This document shows positions 8,054-15,781 of a DNA stretch of 24,000 bases, in pieces. The stretch's first letter is position 1; each line of letters begins with the position of its first letter. The position numbers and the translations under genes are program-made. Where the stretch lies: NCBI GenBank assembly GCA_032615215.1, contig CP128431.1, positions 134,680 to 158,679 on the forward strand, in the 5' to 3' direction. This DNA comes from Microbulbifer sp. MKSA007 (GTDB lineage: Bacteria > Pseudomonadota > Gammaproteobacteria > Pseudomonadales > Cellvibrionaceae). The notes beneath the pieces were generated by a model. That model did no database searches, was not told the DNA's origin, and saw only the letters and a list, made by a program, of their open reading frames with translations.

Positions 8054-9562
8054 CTAAACAGGCTCGCTAAATCGCTCCCTCAGAACATTCTTCTGGACTT
8101 TGCCCATGGTGTTGCGGGGGAGTTCGTTTACCACTAGCAGCTTTTGGGGGTGTTTGAAGCGGGCGAGGTGGTCTTTGACGATTGTCATGATCGCGTCTAA
8201 ATCTGGTGTCTGGCCTTTTTCGGCGACGAGAATGCCCAATGGGGCTTCGCCGAAGTCTGCGTGGGGTACGCCGATCACGGCGCTTTCCAAAACACCGGGT
8301 TGCTCATCCAGCAGGAGTTCGATTTCTTTCGGGTAGATGTTGTAACCGCCTGAGATGATGAGGTCTTTGTTGCGGCCAACAATGTGGACGTAACCATCCT
8401 CATCCACCTTGCCCATATCGCCCGTGATGAAAAAGCCATCCTCCCGCAGTTCTGCGGCAGTTTTCTCCGTCATCTGCCAGTAGCCTTTGAAGACGTTTCT
8501 TCCGCGCACTTCGATAACCCCAATGGCACCTTGCTCTAGCTCAGTACCGCTTTCGGGATCCGTGATCTTCAACTCCACACCCGGCAGAGGGAAGCCGACA
8601 GTGCCTGCCCGCCGTTCCCCATCATAGGGATTGGAGGTGCTCATGTTGGTTTCTGTCATGCCATAGCGTTCAAGAATGCGGTGATTTGTGCGGTCTTCAA
8701 ACTGGCGATGGGTTTCCGCCAACAAAGGCGCACTGCCGGAGGTGAAAAGCCGTATGTGGCTTGTCAGGTCTTTGGTGAAGCGTTCATCTGCGAGCAATCG
8801 GGTGTAGAACGTTGGCACACCCATCATGGAGGTCGCATCCGGCAGCTTTTCGATGATCTTATCCAGATTGAACTTAGGCAGGAAGATCATAGAGCCACCA
8901 ACGGCCAAAATCACATTGGTCGCGACAAACAGGCCGTGTGTATGGAAAATCGGCAGTGCATGCAGCAACACATCTTTCTCAGAAAAGCGCCAGTACTCAA
9001 CAAGAGTATCTGCGTTGGAAAGCAAGTTATCTTGCGTCAGCATGGCCCCTTTGGAACGACCCGTGGTGCCTGAGGTGTATAGGAAGGCGGCCAGATCCTG
9101 TAGGTCTCGGTCTACTGTTTGAAATGTTGTCGGCTGGTTATTGGCTTCATCCATCAGCATGCCGGTGCCATCTGCATTGAGCGTGCGCAAGACCACACCG
9201 AGCTCATCAGCAAGTATCTGTAGTTTCTCCGCTTTAGCACCATCACAGACAACCACCGATGCACCGCTGTTATCGAGGAAGTAGGAAAGCTCCTCGACGG
9301 TGTAGGCGATATTCAACGGCAGAAAGATCAGGCCAGCCTGAACGCAAGCGGCATAAAGCGCCAGCGCTTGTGGTGTTTTTTCTGTTTGCATGGCTACGCG
9401 ATCGCCCGGCTGCAACCCATGCTTGACGAGCGCATGGGCAAGCTGTGCTGTCATCTCAAGAAACTGCGCGTATGAGATGGTTGTTCCATCGGGCAAATAC
9501 AGAAAAGGCTTGTTTTTGGATGCATGGATGCCGAACAAACGATCATAAAGCGGGTTCGCCAT
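8054..9562 (-). CDS. matB: Malonyl-CoA synthetase (AMP-forming acyl-CoA ligase, MatB type)
   Basis: Adenylate-forming motifs (YTSGTTGRSKGA, GYGMTE-like ERYGMTETN, GDxGxxDxDGY, PRNTMGKVQK). Co-linear with rhizobial MatB as I remember it (ALPIFHTHGLFVATNV, MGVPTFYTRLL, SGSAPLLAETH). Confidence 0.8.
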   Translation of the reverse strand: MANPLYDRLFGIHASKNKPFLYLPDGTTISYAQFLEMTAQLAHALVKHGLQPGDRVAMQTEKTPQALALYAACVQAGLIFLPLNIAYTVEELSYFLDNSGASVVVCDGAKAEKLQILADELGVVLRTLNADGTGMLMDEANNQPTTFQTVDRDLQDLAAFLYTSGTTGRSKGAMLTQDNLLSNADTLVEYWRFSEKDVLLHALPIFHTHGLFVATNVILAVGGSMIFLPKFNLDKIIEKLPDATSMMGVPTFYTRLLADERFTKDLTSHIRLFTSGSAPLLAETHRQFEDRTNHRILERYGMTETNMSTSNPYDGERRAGTVGFPLPGVELKITDPESGTELEQGAIGVIEVRGRNVFKGYWQMTEKTAAELREDGFFITGDMGKVDEDGYVHIVGRNKDLIISGGYNIYPKEIELLLDEQPGVLESAVIGVPHADFGEAPLGILVAEKGQTPDLDAIMTIVKDHLARFKHPQKLLVVNELPRNTMGKVQKNVLRERFSEPV

Positions 9563-9764
9563 GTAAGTGCCTTTCTCTGCTATTGCAAGCCAAGCGGCGG
9601 GCCAAGGTCGCGCGCCGAAACTGATTCATCCAGATAAGAGTAATGCGATCCTACAGCCCTGAACAGTTGGCACTCCGTCGAGATGGGGTCTGCTCTACCC
9701 CCATTTGTCTTGGTGCGGATCTGCGCCTATGCTGCTGGCATTCTCTGAGAAAGCTGTTTTAAAA

Positions 9765-10511
9765 ATGAATACGCGCAATATCTTCACGGACCCTGCTGTC
9801 GCACAGTTTTATGAACTGACACCACGCGATCGGCAGGACCATATGTTTTGTAAATCACTTGCTCGCAACGCCCAGTCAGTCCTTGATCTGGGCTGTGGCA
9901 CTGGAGAGCTCACAGTACAGCTGGTGAAGGGGCGCCGCGTTGTTGGGCTCGATCCAGCCGGAGCAATGCTGGATATCGCTCGCACTCGTCCCGGTGGAGA
10001 GCAGGTGACATGGGTAGAAGGTGATGCCCGCTCATTTGATCTGAGCGAGACCTTTGATCTCATTTGCCTGACGGGGCATTCCTTCCAGTTTTTCCTGACA
10101 GAAGAAGACCAGCGCGCAGCACTATCCTGCATTGCAAAGCACCTGAGCCCAACAGGTCAGTTTGTCTTCGATACCCGCAATCCGGACTTTCCGGGCAGGA
10201 AGACCCGCAGCAAACAAGAAACGCTATCTCAGTCCATGCATTCGAAACTAGGGCCTATCGAGAGCTGGAACATCTCGGAGTATGATGAGGCAGAACAGAT
10301 CCTCAGCTTTATCAATGCTTACAAGTCACTAGAGACAGGAGAGATTTTCAGCGCACCTTCCCAGCTCAAATACACCTCACAGAAGAAACTGGCGCAGTTG
10401 ATGACAGATGCGAGATTGCATGTCACAGACTGGCTGGGAGAATGGACTGGAGAGCCCTATCACCCGTTATCGCGTGAGATTATCCCCGTTGGCGGGAGGC
10501 CTAGGTTCTAA
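9765..10511 (+). CDS. Class I SAM-dependent methyltransferase
   Basis: Motif I VLDLGCGTGELT, followed by VVGLDPAGAMLDIAR and FDLICLTGHSF. ATG 9765 is preferred over the upstream TTG at 9705. Confidence 0.8.
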   Translation: MNTRNIFTDPAVAQFYELTPRDRQDHMFCKSLARNAQSVLDLGCGTGELTVQLVKGRRVVGLDPAGAMLDIARTRPGGEQVTWVEGDARSFDLSETFDLICLTGHSFQFFLTEEDQRAALSCIAKHLSPTGQFVFDTRNPDFPGRKTRSKQETLSQSMHSKLGPIESWNISEYDEAEQILSFINAYKSLETGEIFSAPSQLKYTSQKKLAQLMTDARLHVTDWLGEWTGEPYHPLSREIIPVGGRPRF

Positions 10512-10574
10512 AAAACTCACACTCTGGTTCGTAAATCGTCCTCCTTTCTGCAAACAACCAAAAATGAGGACATA

Positions 10575-11084
10575 ATGAAAAGCAAAAAACATCTCACATT
10601 TAGTCTATGCGCTTTTATAGCAGCTAGTGCATTCTTCACACAGCCCGCTACGAGTGAAGCAATCTATCGTGGATTACTAGAGGGTGGACACGGTGTCTTG
10701 GACCTCAGAGAAAATCGCTTTAATTTCGGAGGAGGAGGCCTCTCTTTCAACAAAGACATGGCACAGATCATGGCAGCACCACAGAATTTCAACTGTGCAC
10801 TGATGTTGGATACTACCAATCCAATCCCAGTTGTTGGCAATCAATCCGCGATTAATCAATTCCCAGGATTTGACGCGACTTTTGATCAAAACCCACCGGC
10901 AATCCCTCAGGGTCATGTCAGCGTAAATGATAATCCAGCAGTTGCAAATCCAGCACGGGCATTCGCAAACCAAATTGCCGATATTGCACGTAACAATCCC
11001 GCTACTTTCAATGATGACCACATCGTAGGTGTCCATCTTACAGATGATGAATGTCGCGATAAACCAAAATGGCTTAACCAGTAA
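10575..11084 (+). CDS. Secreted protein of unknown function
   Basis: GAGGA RBS 5 nt upstream of the ATG. Signal peptide (…AFFTQPATSEA). Asn/Pro/Gln-rich mature part with no recognised family. Hand-counted samples give 40-53% GC. Confidence 0.65.
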   Translation: MKSKKHLTFSLCAFIAASAFFTQPATSEAIYRGLLEGGHGVLDLRENRFNFGGGGLSFNKDMAQIMAAPQNFNCALMLDTTNPIPVVGNQSAINQFPGFDATFDQNPPAIPQGHVSVNDNPAVANPARAFANQIADIARNNPATFNDDHIVGVHLTDDECRDKPKWLNQ

Positions 11085-11100
11085 ATCGTACGCAAGCTAG

Positions 11101-11129
11101 CTCTACTTCTGCAATAAGCGGAAGTGGAG
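11101..11129. terminator. 12-bp hairpin between convergent genes
   Basis: CTCTACTTCTGC-aataa-GCGGAAGTGGAG (two G-U pairs). No U-tract. Confidence 0.35.
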
Positions 11130-11131
11130 CC

Positions 11132-11746
11132 TCACCGCTCAATCCGTGCCAACGCGAGGCCGATGCCAGAACCGATAAAGAGCGTGCCCGTAAGTTTGTG
11201 GCGCAGGTGGCCAATGCTTTTGAAGAGCGGTGTTGCTGAGCGGGCAAGCGCAGCCCAACACAGGTCTCCGCCAAGGATAACAAGCAGATAGATCAGTGCA
11301 GGCTGAGCCAATGCGTAGGTTGCGCTCTGGTCGCTGACGAACTGAGGCAGAAAGGCTGCGCTGAAGACGAGTGTCTTCGGGTTGATCATGGCAAGCAGCA
11401 TGCCCTGCCAGAAGAGACAGCGCAAAGGCGTTGCGCTGGCTTCGGCATTCTCCAGCATATCCGCCCGTTCACACCATGATTTGATGCCAAGATAGATCAG
11501 GTAAGCAGCACCAGCCCACTTCACCCACAAGAAGGCATCTGCCACAAACGTCAAAAGAGCTGTAAACCCAAGCACGACGATGCTGAGCTGGATGGCAACA
11601 CCGAGGGTCGTTCCAAGAACAGTCACAGCGCCAAAGCGGAACCCATGGCTGATGGTATTGGCAGCAATGAGCGCAACATTAGGGCCCGGAATGGCCACCA
11701 GAGCAGCTGTTGCAATCACAAGCGCAAATATCATCTCGACTGACAT
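11132..11746 (-). CDS. LysE/RhtB family amino-acid exporter
   Basis: Characteristic N-terminus (…ALVAIPGPNVALIAANTISHGFRFG), about 6 TM helices and a ~200 aa size. Confidence 0.85.
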   Translation of the reverse strand: MSVEMIFALVIATAALVAIPGPNVALIAANTISHGFRFGAVTVLGTTLGVAIQLSIVVLGFTALLTFVADAFLWVKWAGAAYLIYLGIKSWCERADMLENAEASATPLRCLFWQGMLLAMINPKTLVFSAAFLPQFVSDQSATYALAQPALIYLLVILGGDLCWAALARSATPLFKSIGHLRHKLTGTLFIGSGIGLALARIER

Positions 11747-11800
11747 GAGTTCCCCTCCAAAACATCAGCGGGCAGTTTGGAAGGTTCTCGCACTGAATGC

Positions 11801-11826
11801 AAGGCAGGCTTTAGGTGACCTGCCTT
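11801..11826 (-). terminator. Hairpin immediately downstream of the sigma-factor stop
   Basis: AAGGCAGG-N10-CCTGCCTT, 8 bp, beginning 5 nt beyond the stop. No strong U-tract. Confidence 0.35.
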
Positions 11827-11830
11827 CACT

Positions 11831-12703
11831 TCAATTGACTGCAGACAGCTTATCCGGATTGCGCTGCGCGTAGATGGCGTTGACCTTCATCTCCTCATCA
11901 TAGCCAAAGGTGAAGGTTGTGACGATGCCGCCGCCATCGACTGTCACCAGAGACAGACAGGCATTGAGTTCTTCCACCCAGGCTCTGCCACTGCTTGCAG
12001 CTGGCGAGATGGCCTTGTCGATAAAGCCAAGCACCTGCTCCAGCCCCACAAGTGGTTTTGGAATAGCATTGACCTTACCGCCACCATCAGAAAGGAGCGC
12101 CACATCGGCAGCCAGCAATTGAGACAGCTGAGAGGTCTCACCTGTTTCCAGCGCAGATTGGAATGCATGAACCATTTCGCGCTGTTTTTCGGCAGGTGCA
12201 ACAAACCGCTGAGATTTTTGCTGGATGTTGGCTTTGGCCCGTGAAACCAGCTTGCGGCAACTGGCCGGAGTGACCTCCAGAATATCTGCGACTTCCTCAT
12301 AACTGGAGGAGAACACCTCACGCAGTAAAAAGGCAGCGCGCTCTTTTGGGGCGAGCCGTTCCATCACCAGCAGGAACGCCATGGTGAGACTCTCGGAGAG
12401 TTCTACCCGATCCTCGGGTGTGTCCTGTGTTGTGGTGTGCAAAGGCTCCGGCAGCCACATACCAACGTAATTTTCACGTTTTTTACGCGCTGATTTGAGA
12501 TGATCAAGCGCTTTGCGCGTGCAAACGGTGGTAAGCCATGCCTCCGCATTGGAGATGTCATCATGATTGGCCGCTGACCAGCTGAGATAAGTTTCCTGCA
12601 CCACGTCCTCGGCTTCTGCCGTGGAGCCCAACAAGCGGTAAGCCAGCCCCATCAGCATGGGTCTGGCCTTTTCAAATGCACAAAGTGATTTATCTGATGT
12701 CAT
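11831..12703 (-). CDS. ECF41-group (SigJ-like) ECF sigma factor with a fused C-terminal SnoaL-like regulatory extension
   Basis: Sigma region 2 (AEDVVQETYLSW) and region 4 (SYEEVADILEVTPASCRKLVSRAK), the YVGMWLPEP linker motif, and ~100 extra C-terminal residues. ATG 12703 lies 2 nt after the TGA of the upstream CMD gene. Confidence 0.85.
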   Translation of the reverse strand: MTSDKSLCAFEKARPMLMGLAYRLLGSTAEAEDVVQETYLSWSAANHDDISNAEAWLTTVCTRKALDHLKSARKKRENYVGMWLPEPLHTTTQDTPEDRVELSESLTMAFLLVMERLAPKERAAFLLREVFSSSYEEVADILEVTPASCRKLVSRAKANIQQKSQRFVAPAEKQREMVHAFQSALETGETSQLSQLLAADVALLSDGGGKVNAIPKPLVGLEQVLGFIDKAISPAASSGRAWVEELNACLSLVTVDGGGIVTTFTFGYDEEMKVNAIYAQRNPDKLSAVN

Positions 12704-12705
12704 GA

Positions 12706-13137
12706 TCAATGGTTCGATATTGCAATCCGGTTCCAAAGGTTGATCATGCCAACCATGGCCGTCATCGTGGAAATTTCCTGATCACTGTAATGCTTTTTCA
12801 GCTCCTGGCGAAGACGTGGAAGCTGATCTTCCTTGTTTAGTTCTGTCAGAGCTTCGGTCCATTCAAACGCCAGCTTCTCTTTTTCAGAAAAGTCATCGCT
12901 ATGACGCCAGATGATGAGATGGTCCAGACGGTGATTGGTTTCCCCCGCCTTGCGTGCATCGCGGGTGTGCATCTTCACACAGAACCCACAGCCGTTGATC
13001 TGAGAGGCGCGCAGCAGGATGAGGTGATGCAGCTTTTCATCAAATCCTGTTGCAGCAATAACCTCTTCCACGCCCTGAAGGGCTGCCATAATCTGCGCAC
13101 CGCTCTCATAGTGATTGATGGTGGTGTGAACGTTCAT
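12706..13137 (-). CDS. Carboxymuconolactone decarboxylase (CMD/AhpD-like) family protein
   Basis: AhpD-like CxxC motif (INGCGFCVKMH). ATG 13137 was chosen because GGAG sits 6 nt upstream and the predicted promoter -10 lies at 13177-13180. The ORF-track start at 13170 is too close to that -10. Confidence 0.8.
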   Translation of the reverse strand: MNVHTTINHYESGAQIMAALQGVEEVIAATGFDEKLHHLILLRASQINGCGFCVKMHTRDARKAGETNHRLDHLIIWRHSDDFSEKEKLAFEWTEALTELNKEDQLPRLRQELKKHYSDQEISTMTAMVGMINLWNRIAISNH

Positions 13138-13176
13138 CCTCATCTCCAGTGATTGTTTTGTTGCGTTCACTGGTTC

Positions 13177-13203
13177 GACGAGACAGCGCCTTCAGATGTG
13201 ACG
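13177..13203 (-). promoter_or_regulatory. Predicted ECF41-dependent promoter
   Basis: Minus strand reads CGTCACA-N16-CGTC, versus the published ECF41 motif TGTCACA-N16-CGTC. That is 6/7 in the -35, 4/4 in the -10 and exact 16-nt spacing. It lies about 40 nt upstream of the CMD start. Confidence 0.65.
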
Positions 13204-13242
13204 TGGTGCTAAAGAAAAAACGAAATCTATTATCGCAAAGCC

Positions 13243-13746
13243 CTACAAAGCAGGATGACGATAGACCAGATCGACAGGATCATGGCGTTCCGCATCCGGG
13301 TCAATGACGGCACCCATACGTTCTGCTAGCTTGCGCGAACGCTCGTTTTTTGGGTCGATGTAGCTGACCAGCGTTTTCAGGCCCAGCTCCTCAAAGGCCC
13401 ATTTGCGCATCCGCTGAGCTGCTTCCAAGGCATAACCGTGCCCTTCAAAGCCATCATAAAGGAACCAGCCCAGCTCATGCTCGGGAAACAATGGTCCGTG
13501 ATTGAGCCCGACCTGACCAACGGTTTTGCCCGTTGTTTTGTCATCCACCATCAAAGCGCCGTGGCCAAACAAGACCCAATGCGCGATGTCATGGCTGAAG
13601 ATGCCCCAGGTCACATGCCTCGGCGTTGGACCGCCCATAAACTGCGAACGGTCCGACTGCATCAGCTGCTCATACTGCGGCCAATCTTCGATCGTCATCG
13701 GACGAAGGCGCAATCTTTCGGTTTCGAGAGTCGGTATCACAGTCAT
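13243..13746 (-). CDS. GNAT family N-acetyltransferase (RimJ/RimL-like)
   Basis: N-terminus LETERLRLRPMTIEDW is typical of the Acetyltransf_3 group, with ...GHGYALEAAQRMRKWAFEELGL. The internal ATG 13746 is preferred over the long upstream extension. Confidence 0.75.
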   Translation of the reverse strand: MTVIPTLETERLRLRPMTIEDWPQYEQLMQSDRSQFMGGPTPRHVTWGIFSHDIAHWVLFGHGALMVDDKTTGKTVGQVGLNHGPLFPEHELGWFLYDGFEGHGYALEAAQRMRKWAFEELGLKTLVSYIDPKNERSRKLAERMGAVIDPDAERHDPVDLVYRHPAL

Positions 13747-14014
13747 TTGATCAATCCAGCAATGAAAAAAGGAATCTCTGAGCATATTGTCAGCGGCGAA
13801 CAATATTCCGGCAGCTGCTTTGAAAAAAGCAATTTTTAATCTGGCGTGTTGGGAACTTTCAAGATGGACTATGCTGCAAGGCGTGTCAGCCAAGACCTTG
13901 TTTTTGATGGCACACTTGATTTTGTTAAGGACTCACCCATCTGTTGAGATGAAAAAGGCAGCCGTAAAGCTGTCCGTTCCCATTTGCTAATAATCAATAC
14001 GGAGCCACAATTTC

Positions 14015-14881
14015 ATGAGTGATAAGCAAGAGTATACCCCACCAAAGGTTTGGAAGTGGGAACAGAAAAACGGCGGCCAGTTCGCAAACATCAACCGCCC
14101 TATCGCTGGTCCAACCCATGACAAAGATCTGCAGGTTGGCAAGCATCCGCTACAGCTTTACTCGCTGGCAACGCCAAACGGTGTGAAAGTCACCATCATG
14201 CTGGAAGAGCTTCTGGCAGCTGGCTTTAGCGAAGCAGAATACGATGCCTGGCTGATCAACATCGGCGAAGGCGACCAGTTCTCCAGCGGCTTTGTTGGCG
14301 CAAACCCGAACTCCAAAATCCCTGCACTGGTGGACCACAGCACCGAAACACCAACCCGCGTGTTCGAGTCCGGTTCCATCCTGCTGTACCTGGCAGAAAA
14401 GTTCGGCGCCTTCTTGCCGAAAGATCCGGCAGCCCGCACAGAAGCCATGAACTGGCTGTTCTGGCAGATGGGTTCCGCTCCATATCTGGGCGGCGGTTTC
14501 GGCCACTTCTACGCTTATGCGCCAGAAAAGTTCGAGTACCCAATCAACCGCTTTGCTATGGAAGCCAAGCGTCAGCTGGACGTGCTGGACCGCAATCTGG
14601 CGGAACGCCGCTTCATGGCTGGCGACGAGTACTCCATCGCAGATATGGCGATCTTCCCGTGGTACGGCGCATTGGTGCTCGGCTCACTTTACAGCGCTGC
14701 TGAGTTCCTCTCCGTTGACGAGTACAAGAACGTGAAACGTTGGGCAGAAGAAATCGCTGAGCGCCCTGCCGTCAAACGCGGCAAACGCGTGAACCGCACC
14801 TGGGGTGATGAGGATCAACAAGTCCCAGAACGTCACGACGCCAGCGACCTGGACCTAAAACCAGCCTCTGAAAAAGCGTAA
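14015..14881 (+). CDS. yghU: Nu-class glutathione S-transferase-like protein (YghU family, disulfide-bond oxidoreductase)
   Basis: Nearly co-linear with E. coli YghU as I remember it (PPKVWKWE..GGQFANINRPIAGPTH...GKHPLQLYSLATPNGVKVTIMLEELL...SKIPAL...FESGSILLYLAEKFG...ERHDASD). Confidence 0.9.
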   Translation: MSDKQEYTPPKVWKWEQKNGGQFANINRPIAGPTHDKDLQVGKHPLQLYSLATPNGVKVTIMLEELLAAGFSEAEYDAWLINIGEGDQFSSGFVGANPNSKIPALVDHSTETPTRVFESGSILLYLAEKFGAFLPKDPAARTEAMNWLFWQMGSAPYLGGGFGHFYAYAPEKFEYPINRFAMEAKRQLDVLDRNLAERRFMAGDEYSIADMAIFPWYGALVLGSLYSAAEFLSVDEYKNVKRWAEEIAERPAVKRGKRVNRTWGDEDQQVPERHDASDLDLKPASEKA

Positions 14882-14906
14882 AGCACGTAGTCAGAACTGA
14901 AAACGC

Positions 14907-14936
14907 AAAACCCGGCTTTGATGAGGCCGGGTTTTC
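14907..14936 (+). terminator. Rho-independent terminator (potentially bidirectional)
   Basis: AAAA-CCCGGC-tttgatgag-GCCGGG-TTTT between convergent genes. Confidence 0.7.
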
Positions 14937-14950
14937 TCATATCTAAGGCA

Positions 14951-15571
14951 TCACCCACCAATCAGCACAAGAGGCGGTGGAGTTATGCCCTGCTTGTGAG
15001 ACTTCGTTCTAGAAGGAACTCCCGTAGATGGGCTTCGCCTCACAGGAGTGGGCGCATCTGCGATCTTGTCAAAGTATGAACTGTCATTGACCAGATAAAC
15101 GTTCTTTTTATAGGTGTAAGCCAATCGCTCGATCAGTCGGTTAAAGACCCATTCAGGCGAATAGTACTTGTTGAAACCAACTGATAGTGACTCCACCGTA
15201 CCTTTGCCGGGGTCTCCTGAAATCTCAAACCGGTAAACAATACCCTGAGCCTTCTGGCCAAGGAAAACATAGCCCTTTATTCGACCCGTTGCAGACCCTT
15301 TAAAGCCCAATACTGTTGAGTATCTTACCTTCGTTAGAACTATGGTCATGTTTTGCGCTGGGGTTCCGGCAGGCACCCATTTTGCACTCTCACGAGCAAC
15401 CTGAGTAAATTTCCGCTTTAACTGCTTTGCCACCAAAGCGCTATGTTCTCCATTGGGAACAATAACTTTGACTTTATTGATACGATAAGCTCCGCGTTCT
15501 TCTGGTGTTTTGGTTGTTACACAGCCAGCAAGCAGTAGAAATGAAGCTAAAATAATCAGAAACCGAGCCAT
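14951..15571 (-). CDS. Lipoprotein of unknown function
   Basis: MARFLIILASFLLLAG|C lipobox when started at ATG 15571. Basic, Pro-rich C-terminal tail. One hand-counted sample gives ~45% GC. Confidence 0.65.
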   Translation of the reverse strand: MARFLIILASFLLLAGCVTTKTPEERGAYRINKVKVIVPNGEHSALVAKQLKRKFTQVARESAKWVPAGTPAQNMTIVLTKVRYSTVLGFKGSATGRIKGYVFLGQKAQGIVYRFEISGDPGKGTVESLSVGFNKYYSPEWVFNRLIERLAYTYKKNVYLVNDSSYFDKIADAPTPVRRSPSTGVPSRTKSHKQGITPPPLVLIGG

Positions 15572-15709
15572 ACCAAAAATACCTACAATTACTTCTATGC
15601 AATTTACAGTTGTGAAAGTTAAACAGCGTTTAATTTCGAGCAATTGCAGGTCCACTCTCTGATGCCTACTAACCCACCCTGTGCACCATCATTCTTTTCC
15701 AATCGGAAA

Positions 15710-15723
15710 TTGCGGTAGTTCAA
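15710..15723 (+). promoter_or_regulatory. Candidate FNR/FixK-type (CRP-family) box upstream of the glycyl-radical enzyme gene
   Basis: TTGCGGTAGTTCAA matches 7 of 8 core positions of TTGA-N6-TCAA. Its centre is ~65 nt upstream of ATG 15782. Confidence 0.3.
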
Positions 15724-15781
15724 TTCCTCGCCTGTCGCACGGGTTTAAGATTTGTTCCAAAGAGCAAAAAGGAACGAACCC

